Assembly (NCBI GenBank): GCA_964016885.1
Contig: OZ024747.1
Coordinates: 9,548,001-9,612,000 of the forward strand
Origin: Eledone cirrhosa
Taxonomy: Eukaryota
Direction: 5' to 3'
Length of the DNA: 64,000 nt
Part shown: piece by piece, positions 51,962 to 64,000 of the stretch
Position numbering within the stretch: the first letter of the stretch is position 1
How the letters are laid out: every line of letters begins with the position of its first letter
The notes under the pieces: model-generated
Seen by the model: the letters and a program-made list of their open reading frames with translations, nothing else
The model's database searches: none
What the model was told of the DNA's origin: nothing
Translations under genes and position numbers: made by a program

Positions 51962-51975
51962 ATGTATATAATATA
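51307..51975. repeat. Long (TA)n/(CA) microsatellite; similar compound TA/TG tracts at 15945-16480, 21662-22130, 49600-50405
   Basis: Dinucleotide runs. Confidence 0.95.
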
Positions 51976-52415
51976 TATCCAGGGAGTGTAACTCAATGTT
52001 TAGGTTCACTTCAGTGTCGAGGTGTAGAGCTATACAGAGTGTATTATAGTTAAATAAGATAACCAAGGAGTAACCAATTGTCCTTGTTATCTTATTTAAC
52101 TATATATAATATATATATGTATTATGTATGTATATATATATATATATATCCATGCTAGCGTGGAAAATGGACGTTAAACGAAGATGATGATATATATATA
52201 TATATATATATATATAACGAAGGAAATGTGGTAAGGAACCAGATGGACCATAACGCACCAAAGTACTCAATACTTAGGGTAGTAGAGTGGGTAATAGTAA
52301 TGAGTAGGACCCTGACGGCTGAGCTCAAGCCGTTTCGACAGCTAATTCTGGACTAAACTTAGTCCAGAATTAGCCATCGAAACGGCTTGAGCTCAGCCCT
52401 CGGGGTCCTACTCGT

Positions 52416-52454
<39 letters not shown>

Positions 52455-53228
52455 GTACAAAAGCCTTGTTTTCATGACATTGTCTGTGATAGCTTTGCAG
52501 CAGTCTATTAACTTAATAAATATATTTGGTAGCTTATATATGGGACAATTTTTACCTCCTTTATAACCACCCAGTAAGCCAACTTTACTACTATAACCTC
52601 TCCTATGTCCAACAAAACAAACAAACCAATTCCTTCTCTACATCCACTCAACAACATTCAACAGCACCAGCACCAACTCTCAACACATATCAACTACATT
52701 TCATTTCACTATAGACCCATCCTACCCCAGCTATCAGAAAAAAGCATATATTAAACGATGATGACGATGATATGTGTATATATATTGTGTGTGTCTGTAT
52801 ATGTGTATATGGTTGGGTCATTCTGTGTTTATGGCCTTTAACTTAGTGGTTCAACTACAAAAAGTGAGATTGATAAACTAAATATCAGGTTCAAAAAGGT
52901 TGACTAAATCAAGGTGAAATGAGTAAAACAATAAATGAACAAAAATATCCATTGTATTTAATAGGTGATGGGATTAAAAAAGTAAAGGAACAGGATAATT
53001 CTAAACTTTAGACTCCTTGACATAATGTTAAGCCTGACATTATTCTGTTTGTCAATAGACATAATCTAAGAGTGCCAAACACAACTGTTACTATTAAGGT
53101 AAACCAGCCAATACTGTTCCAATGAAACACACTTTGAGAGAAACCTCAATCATCAACAACAAATGTCAAGCAAAGATGAACCTCAAAACCACATCTCATG
53201 AGAGCAAAATTTACATCAGAGAATAATT

Positions 53229-53269
<41 letters not shown>

Positions 53270-53405
53270 CATACATACACATACATATAGCCATACTGGT
53301 AAACAGTTACACCCATATCCTGACAAAAACAGCAGTTAAGCTGTTGTATATATCGTTTATTTTTATTATATTTTTTATTTTATTTTATGGTAAGGGAGAG
53401 GTTTG

Positions 53406-54160
53406 TTTTCTTCTTCTTCTTCGCCCACTTATTCCTGTGAGGGGTGTTTAGGCACAGTCTTCTAACACTCCTTCCAACGAGTCTTGTCAAAAGCAACTAT
53501 CTCCAACTGACCCTGTTGGATCCCCAAGTGAGACCAGCCAAGCTCAAGGATGTTATCCAACCATCTTGCTCGGGGTCTACCCCTGGGTCTCTTGCCGATT
53601 GGTTTTTGCCCATAAAATCTGTCCAACGATTCTTTCTTGAGACATTCTAAACACATGTCCATAGTATCGGAGCTGTGATCTCTCAATTCAGAGAAGTAGC
53701 AGCTCTACATGAAGTGGCACTTTGATCTCCGAGCTACACACTCTGAGTAACATTACTCCAAAGACCCTTCGGAGGAACCCTATTTCGGCCGCTTGTATCT
53801 GCAGTTATATTCTTTCTGTCATTACCCCAAGATTCATGACCATAGGTAAGGGTTGGTATGAATACTGAATTGAAGATAACGAGTTTGGCTTTGGCGCCTA
53901 CTTCCCTTCTTCTCCTTACCGAATGCTGAAGCTGGCACATTACTGCACCAGTTCCTGTAATTCTTGTACTTAATTCAGCTCCTTGCCTTCCATCAGTTTT
54001 GAACACAGCCCCAAGATCCTTGACCTTTTCCCCTTGCTTCAGTGGAACTCCATTCACACGTAGAGTGCATTATGCAGGCATCCATGAGAGGATGTGTATT
54101 TCAGTTTTAGCAGCACTGATTTTCATTCCTGTCTTTCTGTTGTCTTTGGTAAATGAGATC
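53406..54160 (-). mobile_element. 5'-truncated RTE-clade LINE (degenerate RT thumb/C-terminal region)
   Basis: ORF pieces KVKDLGAVFKTDGR, IFNSVFIPTLTYGHESW, KPIGKRPRGRPRARWLD with frameshifts; (gaa)n 3' tail. Confidence 0.88.
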
Positions 54161-54224
54161 TCCTTCTTTCACTGGTTTTAATCTTGCTGGTGTTGTTGTT
54201 ATTCTTATATAAATACTCATTTAT

Positions 54225-54527
54225 AATTTAGGCACAAGCAAGGCCAGCAGTTTTGGGGAAAGGAAACATCAGTTATATCTCTCCCAATACTTAACTGGTA
54301 CTTTATTTAATCAGCCCTGGTGGTGGTGGTGGTTGTGTGTGTGTCTGCGTATTTAGGCACAAGGCCAGCAATTTGTGAGAAGGGCAAAGTAACTGGTAAT
54401 TTATTTAATCAGCCCTGGTGGTGTGTGTGTGTGATTATATTTAGGCACAAGGACAGCAATCTGTGGGAAAGGCAAAGTTCATTATATCAACCCAAGTAAT
54501 TCACTGGTACTTTATTTTATCAGCCCT

Positions 54528-54595
<68 letters not shown>

Positions 54596-54800
54596 TATAT
54601 TTAGGCACAAGGACAGCAATCTGTGAGACAGGCAAAGTTAATTATATCAACCACAATACATAACTGGTATTTTATCTAATCAGCTCTGGGATGATGAAAA
54701 GTAGAGTTGGTGACCTTGGTAGGATTTGAACTCAGAATGTAAAGATCAGGCACAAATACCACGAAGTATTCTGACTGATGCTCTACCAATTCCATCAATC
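54225..54800 (-). mobile_element. Old SINE A with its 3' half reiterated four times, separated by (GT)n
   Basis: tttaggcacaagg...aactggta...atcagccctgg repeated. Confidence 0.7.
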
Positions 54801-55757
54801 CAGTAAATACTAACATGATGTGTAGAATATATGAGTGTATGTGACTCATATATTCTGTTCTCTATAATATGTACCGACATTTCACTTGGTAAGTTAGGTA
54901 AGCCATTCATGATTTAGTCAAAACTAATGTGACAGTAGATTAATTAGTTACTGTGGCTAAGGCCTTACTGGAGCAACACCTCTATATTTGTTGAATGGAA
55001 TCAGTTGTGTAGGTATGTAAGTGTATACATGTGTGTATGTACATGTTTGTGTGTATATACATGTGTGAGTATAGATGTATGTGTGTGTATACATGTGTGT
55101 GAGTGTGTATATATATGTGTGTGTGTGAGTGTACATGTGTGTGTGTAGATATGTGTATATATGTGAGTGTGTATACATGTGTGTGTGTACGTAAGTGTGT
55201 AAACGTGTATGTGTATGTGTGTGTGTATAATTGTGTGTGAGTGTGTATACATGTGTGTGTCTATGTGTGTACACATTACAAGTCTATTGAATTTATACAT
55301 CGTAATATATATATATATATCTATGTTGTATTGAGCAGTCATTTATGTATAATTTGTATTGAATATGTATGTATATTTTAATGAGTAATAATGCTTGTAT
55401 ATATTTATTTTAGAATGTATATATATATATCAACATAAATGTGTGGGCATGTGTATGTTTTTATAATATGTATATATGAATGTGTGTATGTATATATGTA
55501 TGTATGTGTACATATGTATGTTGTATGTATATATGCATATATGTATATATTCTTCTGATTATATTTTTTTAATTCATTTCTCAGAGAGAGAGAGAGAGAG
55601 ACGGTTTCTAACACAGAAGCAAAATTCTTTCATTGGAATTTAAACATTAATTATGTTTGTGTGTGTGTGTGTGTGCAGGTATGAATGTCATTGCATGTGT
55701 GGATCTGTATGTTTTGAGTTACATGTGCACATATGCATATGTTTATATATATATTTA

Positions 55758-55800
<43 letters not shown>

Positions 55801-56019
55801 TGTGTATGTGTGTGTTTGTTTGTGTATGTATATGGCAATAACTTTGAAAGTAAGATGTTATAAATTTGTCAATATTCCAGGCCTGGCCTCTATGGGGTGG
55901 GGTAACACCTCTATAGTTTTTTATTTTTTATTTCATGTACAACCATCTTAGAGAACAGTTTAATTAGTACTACAGAAGACATTGTCTCTTAATTTCTAAT
56001 GATAATGACAATGTTCCAC

Positions 56020-56490
56020 ATGGATGTAAAAGGCTAAAGGTAAAGAACCTCTTCGGTCCTGAATGACCTTGGGATCTGCTCCTAGAAAGTTGCCCTCCGA
56101 GGCACAACTCCAGGCAAGGTTGTATGTGGAAAACCAGCAGTCACCCATACATACCAGTCCCCCTTCTTCACACCACTGACATTGTCCAAGGGAAAGGCAA
56201 TGACTGATACAACTTGGCACCAGTGACATCGCAACATATATTCACTATGTATACATCATGTACTGTATATACTATATGCTGTATATATACACACTATTTA
56301 TGATGTTGTCCAAGGGAAAGACAATGGCCGATACAGCTTGGTATTGGTGATGTCACAACTCATTTCTACAGCTGAGTGAACTGGAGCAACATGAAATAAA
56401 GTGTCTTGCTCAAGAACACAATACAAACCCCAGTCCAAGAATCAAACTCACAACCTCATACTTGTAAGCTTGATGCTCTAACCACCAAGA
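56020..56490 (-). mobile_element. SINE family B, long copy with internal duplication
   Basis: Reverse complement of the tRNA head and gtgttcttgagcaagacacttta seen at 18845; ttgtccaagggaaa...gataca block duplicated. Confidence 0.65.
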
Positions 56491-56726
56491 TCTGGATGTA
56501 ATAAAAGGTAAATTAGACATCAGCAGGGTTTGAATACAATAATGTAAATACAATAATCTCTTTATTCCCACACTTTACCATTTTAACCACCCTGGCATAC
56601 CACTGAAACAACAATAAAGCTGTGGATTGTACCTAGTTCTGCTAACATGTTGTAACATCTAGCTAACATGTGTTGTTTCATATCTCTCTCTTCTCCTCTC
56701 TCTCTCTCATTCTCTCTTTCTCTCTC

Positions 56727-56786
<60 letters not shown>

Positions 56787-58252
56787 TCCCTCTATTCTCC
56801 CTCATTCTCTCTTTCTCTCTCTTCTCTCTCTCACCTTTGTCTCCCTCTCTCTCTCTATCCTCCCTCTCCCCTCCTTTCTCTCACTCTCTCTATCCTCCCT
56901 CCCCCTCCTTTCTCTCACTCTCTCCTCTCTTCCCCCCCCCCCCCACATTTTCCCTCCCCTCTCTTTATCTCCCCTCCATCTCTCTCTCCCTTCCATCTCT
57001 ATCCACATCCCCCTCTCCACCCCTCCACCCTCTCTGTTTCTTCTATTGTTATTACAATCATCTCTACTCCTCTGAATTAGCTATCTGCATGTTCCTCTCC
57101 ACCCAGGCCTCATCATCCTATTTGTCCTCCCCCTTCCCTCCTGTCAGCCTTACTACCCCCCCCCAAGCCTTCCCCCCGCCTCCTCCCACACCCCTCATTA
57201 AACACTTCTCTCAGTCCTTCATTCTAAGAACTGCAATTTCAGGAATTCATTCTTTACCTACATTTTTGTTTTTTCCTACTGACCCCAACCCAACAGAATG
57301 TTCCTGCTGGACATCAACTACAATCAACAGCACCAATCTAGAAGACCCTATAAATATTACAGACACTGCACCCCCTCCTCTGATCTTCTGACTATCTTAT
57401 TTAAAAACATACCAATATATCATAGCCATGTTCTTTATTAGGGCTGGTCTGGGGCTTACACACATAGAACAATAACAACAACAACTAGAAAAATGTTTGT
57501 TCTAAACTACAAGTTTCAGTTAACGATCTCTCTTCATTAAAAACCTCTCTGGTATGTTGAATATTCTAATTAAATAATTTCTCTCCACTAAATCTCTGGT
57601 GGAATTATTTAATAAAAACAGAAATGGTAGTGCTCTGATAACACAAGAACCCTTCCTAGTTCTATAAAACAGAAATTGTAGGGCTCTGATAACACAAGAA
57701 CCCTTCCTAGTTCTATAAAACAGAGAAATGGTAGGGCTTTGTTACCATGTGAACCCTTTCTAGTTCTATAAAACAGAAATGGTAGGGCTTTGTTACCTTG
57801 TTTTATAAAACAAAACCACCCAGTTTTAAAGGTTTCCTATTTAAATTAAAATCTTGCAACATATATTAGAAGCATTTGACGTGTTACAAGTGATATTTTA
57901 ATGAAATTATTTGTTGAAATCCCAAATATTTCATTAGAAATATTGCTATGAAAGGGTAAACTTGAAGTTAACTTAGAGTAGACTTATGGTGAAAGACATT
58001 CCAGCTATGACCACTCCATGTATATATAACTACATTAGTGTCATAACTTTTTAGGACAAGAGCGCCATTTCCTTATTTAACATAGTAGGGTGTGATTTTG
58101 GAGAATTTGGCTGCTATTTCTTGTTGGTCGAGTGACCACCTAGAGACTCTGTCATATGGTGTGATGTTGTGCATTGTATGGTGCAGTAATGTTGTGATGT
58201 CTTCATGTGTAATATGTGCAGTTGCATCTGTTGTATGTATGTGGTATGTTTA

Positions 58253-58497
58253 TTATAATAATAATGAAAATATTGTGTACAGTGCTCAGGTGCACTACAA
58301 CTCATCAAAAGTGTATGTATAGTACATAGGGTAATGTACAAACGTCAGGAAAATGAACAGTGCATGAGTCATGATATACACATGTGGAAGAGGGACATCA
58401 GGTGTAGTTTTTGCGAATTTCGGGAAGCATGAGGGTTTTAAAGGATGCAGTGTCTCGGCAGCTAACAACTGACGCATGCAGTTTGTTCCATGCTTTA
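58253..58497 (-). mobile_element. CR1/L2-group LINE 3' end with (att)n tail; shorter + copy at ~16550-16668
   Basis: KAWNKLHASVVSCRDTASFKTLM fits the WNxLPxxVV...sFK C-terminal motif; 3' UTR shared between the two copies. Confidence 0.7.
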
Positions 58498-59000
58498 AAT
58501 GTATGTTTTGAATGTTTTATTCATAGCATATATGTTTGTGTTGAGTGGATGTATAAGGTATTGACTGTGGCTGTGTCATAGTGTCTGTGTGTGTATATAT
58601 GTAATAAAACGCGCTTCTGAATGTGTTTTGTATGAATTTCCTTTATGTATATATGTGTGTGTATGAATGTCTATTGAAATCTTATTGTGTATACAAATAA
58701 CGTATGTTAATGTATGCAGTGTACTTGTCGTGTGTTTACATGTATATATAATGTGTATATATACAATAGTTGTATTTCCAAGAACTGATATACCATGAAT
58801 TATCGGCAAACTATATTTTCCTCCTGTTATTTTCTAGTAGTCCAGTATAGCTGGGCTGTCATCATCAATATCTCGCCTTACTGATATATCAGGTGATGTT
58901 CACATCGGTACTTGGCTATTCCAATATCTTAGCCTCACTATCAACCATGGCAATGCTGTGAATGTCTTAAAATGCCTAAAGAATTGTTAGAGGGGAAACT

Positions 59001-59115
59001 CCAGCAGAGAGCAGTGTAAGGGAGCACTGTCTTCATAATGACCAGAGTCAGAAATGATGATCGTCGTTGACAGTTACCCACCCTTCGTTCTGATGAAATC
59101 TGCTAGATGGCGCTA
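59001..59115 (+). promoter_or_regulatory. Two co-oriented CTCF-like motifs
   Basis: CCAGCAGAGAGCAGTG (59001-59016) and CTGCTAGATGGCGCTA (59100-59115), each one mismatch from the CCRSYAGRKGGCRSY core. Confidence 0.4.
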
Positions 59116-60040
59116 TGTCATCAGCTTCTAAAATTAATAGTTGAAGGCTTTCAAATGTTTATTCATAGATATAAAATATATCGCGAAATATACAAAATAC
59201 TTATATGTATACAGTTATGTTAGAGCGAACACCTTAATAAATAAATAAATAAATATATATATAAATAAATATATATATATATAACTTCCCTCCTTAAAAC
59301 CCTCCTTACTCCTTCTCAGAGTTCCTGTTCTTCCCCTATCTGAACTTTCCCAATGAAGGACTTATGTCCGAAATGTTGAAACCTCCTCCACTTCCACCAA
59401 GTGTAGGACTGTCTGGCAGGTTTTCTATGGTTGGATGCCCTTCCTAACACCAACCATATTTACAGTGTGGACAGGGAGTGTTTTACCGTGTTACCTACAC
59501 GACCACATATCCAGTCCACCCCGTCAGGTGGGAGTGCTGCAGTCATAATAAAATGGTCTCGATGCATGCTGTTTGCCACTAGAAAGGGCATCTAAATATA
59601 GAAACCAAGCCAAACAGAACATACAAGCAAGAAGCGGAGGTCAGCTGACTTGGTTAGCCTCATAACATGTCCTTCTAAAAACATGCAAGCATGGAATATT
59701 AGCATGGAACAAGCCAAACAGAGCATACAGGCATAATGTAATCAGCTGACCTGTCTAGCCTCAATACCTGATAATCAGACTAATCCATACTAGCATGGAA
59801 AATAGACATCAACGGTGATGACAATGATGATGGTGATATATATGTATATATTCATATATATACATACAGGCACCCACAAACAAAGAAACACACACATATA
59901 TACATATATGTATATATAATCAATGTATGTAAGCCAAAATACATATATGTATATATGTATATATAATCAATGTATGTAAGCCAAATTCTCAAGCTTTTAA
60001 GTGCTGAATATATATACATTATATATATATATATATATAT

Positions 60041-60247
60041 ATATGAGATCAAAAGATGGTTAAAAGAGTTCCAAGTATTTTATTATGCACATTTCAAAAA
60101 CAAATATCATCATGAGATGATATCTGCGTTTTCATCAGATAAAAATAGGGATACATGATATGAAGGTTAAAAAACACTTGTGAATAGTGAAGTTTTAAAT
60201 CAACATAAAATACTTGGAACTCTTTTAACCATCTTTTGATCTTATAT
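60041..60247. mobile_element. Inverted-repeat element with ~43-bp arms beside (TA)n
   Basis: atatgagatcaaaagatggttaaaagagttccaagtattttat at 60041-60083 and its reverse complement at 60205-60247. Confidence 0.65.
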
Positions 60248-60333
60248 TATTTATACTCCAGTCCTACAAACTGTAGAGTGCTACTTATCCGATATTTGCA
60301 TTGCTTTATTGTACCACAATAAAACTCACCTCC

Positions 60334-60377
<44 letters not shown>

Positions 60378-60905
60378 TTAGTTAAGCAAAACAAGACCAC
60401 AAATTTCACAAGGAAGACATTATTAAAAGATTGTCAACATATTTAGTTTGATGCAAAGAATGTAGAGAATAATAATAATAATATTAATAATAATAATGCC
60501 CGTTTACAATTGTTTCGCTACTCCGTATAATATTTCTGGATCAGATGACTGTGTATCATAATTGATCTGGTTCAGTTGAAAATAATTAACATATTTAAAA
60601 AACCAGAGTGGCTCATATATATATATATATGAGTATAAAGGATATATATATATAAAGGATATATATATATGAGTATAAAGGATGATGTGCTGAAGCACAG
60701 AGGTGCCATAAAATAGGGTGAAGACCCTTCAAGATAGAAAAAGAAATTGTCATTGGCTGCTGATGGACCCCATATCTCCCACATATATATCATTTTGTAG
60801 GTATGTGTGTATGTATGTATGTGTGTATGTATTTACTTATGTATGTATGTATATATATGTCATGTGATTTCTGTGTTGATGTAATGTATATATATATATA
60901 TATAT

Positions 60906-61251
60906 GGTGGCTGCCAACTCGTTTTCGAGTACGGCCACTACTTTATATCCATGTAGGAGAACCCCTACCGATGCGCTGAACAAGTGTGACTTTTTAGTCC
61001 AGCCAACGACTTGAAAACTCTGGTAGAAACACTACACTTGTGACAATTATTGACACATAGTGCTAGGCCCATGGTACCATGTGAGGACAAGTGCAGAGAG
61101 ATCTCCAGATATAAAGCAATGCCTGTGCCGTGAAGCTTTTATAACACCTGCAACCCTGATGGTATCCAATGATGTTGACTTGTTCTTCTTTTTGGTAAAT
61201 ATCATCTTGGTTAAGAGAGTGGGACTGGCTTTGTGCAGTGCCTTTGCTCAC
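60906..61251 (-). mobile_element. LINE 3' end with a decayed C2H2 zinc finger (probably RTE clade)
   Basis: HKCSVSTRVFKSLAGLKSHTCSAHR* then a short 3' UTR running into (TA)n. Confidence 0.5.
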
Positions 61252-61570
61252 TATAAATATATATATATATATATATATACATACAGATGTAAACATGTCT
61301 GCATATACTATATAAACAAGTGTATATTTACATCTATCAAATATTCTATACACACATAAATTACTACTAGTCATGATGATGTATATACAGAAGACGTGTA
61401 GGGTGGGGCCCGGATGAGAAATGAAAATATGGTGGATGTTGTGGGTTTGAAATATTAATGGTAGTGTTTGTGTGATGGCGGTGGGTTGGTGGAAGAAAAC
61501 CACATCCATACACATGTACTATTAATAGAGGTTGTGTAGAGCTGTATGTGTGGGTGTCTGCATATAGTGG

Positions 61571-61606
<36 letters not shown>

Positions 61607-62044
61607 CTCTCTGCATATAGAGGTTGTGTAGAGCTGTACATGTGTGTGTGTCTGCATATAGTGGTTGTATAGTGTGTGTGTGTGTGTGTGTCTCTGCATG
61701 TAGAGGTTGTGAAGAGCTGTACATGTGTATATGTGTCTGTATTTAGAGGTTGTATAGTGTGTATGTGTGTGTGTGTCTGTGTGTGTTTCTTTGTGTGTGT
61801 CTGTATGTGTGTATATGTGTCTCTGCATATAGAGGTTGTATAATGTGTGTGTGTATGTGTGTCTGAATCTGTGTGTCTATCTCTGCATATAGAGATTGTA
61901 TGTATGTATGTGTCTGTATATGTGTTTATCTCCATTTAGAGGTTATATAGTGTATGTCTCTCTCTCTGTGTCATTATGTATGGGTGAGAGAGAGAGTGAA
62001 ATATACCTTCACTCACACATGTACTATTTATACAAGGTGTATAG

Positions 62045-64000
62045 TGTCTGTATGTGTCTCACTGTATGTGTCTGTATGTGTGTCTCACTGTATGTGTCTG
62101 TATGTGTGTCTCACTGTATGTGTCTGTATGTGTGTCTCACTGTGTGTGTCTGTATGTGTGTCTCACTGTATGTGTGTGTATGTGTGTCTCACTGTGTGTG
62201 TCTGTATGTGTGTCTCACTGTATGTGTCTGTATGTGTGTCTCACTGTATGTGTGTGTATGTGTGTCTCACTGTGTGTGTCTGTATGTGTGTCTCACTGTA
62301 TGTGTCTGTATGTGTGTCTCACTGTATGTGTCTGTATGTGTGTCTCACTGTATGTGTCTGTATGTGTGTCTCACTGTATGTGTATGTATGTGTGTCTCAC
62401 TGTATGTGTCTGTATGTGTGTCTCACTGTATGTGTGTGTATGTGTGTCTCACTGTGTGTGTGTGTATGTGTGTCTCACTGTATGTGTATGTATGTGTGTC
62501 TCACTGTATGTGTATGTATGTGTGTCTCACTGTATGTGTATGTATGTATGTCTCACTGTATGTGTCTGTATGTGTGTCTCACTGTGTGTGTCTGTATGTG
62601 TGTCTCACTGTATGTGTCTGTATGTGTGTCTCACTGTATGTGTCTGTATGTGTGTCTCACTATATGTGTCTGTATATGTGTCTCACTGTATGTGTGTCTC
62701 ACTGTATGTGTCTGTATGTGTGTCTCACTGTGTGTGTCTGTATGTGTGTCTCACTGTATGTGTATGTATGTGTGTCTCACTGTGTGTGTCTGTATGTGTG
62801 TCTCACTGTATGTGTCTGTATGTGTGTCTCACTGTGTGTGTCTGTATATGTGTCTCACTGTATGTGTCTGTATGTGTGTCTCACTGTACGTGTCTGTATG
62901 TGTGTCTCACTGTATGTGTCTGTATATGTGTCTCACTGTATGTGTCTGTATGTGTGTCTCACTGTACGTGTCTGTATGTGTGTCTCACTGTATGTGTCTG
63001 TATATGTGTCTCACTGTACGTGTCTGTATGTGTGTCTCACTGTATGTGTCTGTATATGTGTCTCACTGTACGTGTCTGTATGTGTGTCTCACTGTATGTG
63101 TCTGTATGTGTGTCTCACTGTATGTGTCTGTATGTGTGTCTCACTGTATGTGTCTGTATATGTGTCTCACTGTATGTGTGTCTCACTGTGTGTGTCTGTA
63201 TGTGTGTCTCACCGTATGTGTCTGTATGTGTGTCTCACTGTATGTGTGTCTCACTGTATATGTCTGTATGTGTGTCTCACCGTATGTGTCTGTATGTGTG
63301 TCTCACTGTATGTGTCTGTATGTGTGTCTCACTGTATGTGTCTGTATGTGTCTGTATGTGTGTCTCACTGTATGTGTCTGTATATGTGTCTCACTGTATG
63401 TGTGTCTCACTGTACGTGTCTGTATGTGTGTCTCACTGTATGTGTCTGTATGTGTGTCTTACTGTATGTGTCTGTATGTGTGTCTCACTGTATGTGTCTG
63501 TATGTGTGTCTCACTGTATGTGTCTGTATATGTGTCTCACTGTATGTGTGTCTCACTGTGTGTGTCTGTATGTGTGTCTCACTGTATGTGTCTGTATGTG
63601 TGTCTCACTGTGTGTGTCTGTATATGTGTCTCACTGTATGTGTCTGTATGTGTCTCACTGTACGTGTCTGTATGTGTGTCTCACTGTGTGTGTCTGTATG
63701 TGTGTCTCACTGTATGTGTCTGTATGTGTGTCTCACTGTATGTGTCTGTATATGTGTCTCACTGTATGTGTGTCTCACTGTACGTGTCTGTATGTGTGTC
63801 TCACTGTATGTGTCTGTATGTGTGTCTCACTGTATGTGTCTGTATGTGTGTCTCACTGTGTGTGTCTGTATATGTGTCTCACTGTATGTGTCTGTATGTG
63901 TGTCTCACTGTATGTGTCTGTATGTGTGTCTCACTGTATGTGTCTGTATGTGTCTCACTGTATATGTCTGTATGTGTGTCTCACTGTATGTCTCTGTATG
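62045..64000. repeat. 26-bp satellite (ctgtatgtgtgtctcactgtatgtgt), ~75 copies, runs off the window end
   Basis: Direct periodicity. Confidence 0.96.

Noticed and set aside
60500-60560. cgaaacaattgta half-motif of a hammerhead on minus strand
   Set aside because: No CUGANGA half at a suitable position.

Overview
Eukaryotic, AT-rich, repeat-dense genomic DNA. The SINE/LINE families and microsatellite load look like an octopod cephalopod (inference). Two spliced protein-coding genes converge tail-to-tail. On +, the last 11 coding exons of WDR6 (569-11710; 5' part outside the window). On -, a complete 10-coding-exon sideroflexin of the SFXN1/3 type (29224-15813, 326 aa), with a probable non-coding first exon near 38.3 kb. 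Almost all long ORFs in the supplied track are artefacts of micro/minisatellites. The rest is tRNA-derived SINEs (several with TSDs), RTE and CR1/L2 LINE relics, MITEs, palindromic elements in (TA)n and many unrelated minisatellites. Most interesting: (1) five paralogous ~75-nt hairpins at 48.2-48.8 kb, just downstream of a candidate first exon, that look like a clustered microRNA family; (2) a U12-type minor intron in WDR6; (3) several type I hammerhead ribozyme motifs of the Penelope-like-element kind next to (TA)n tracts; (4) minisatellites born from SINE internal segments. All structures were paired by eye; nothing was computed or searched.
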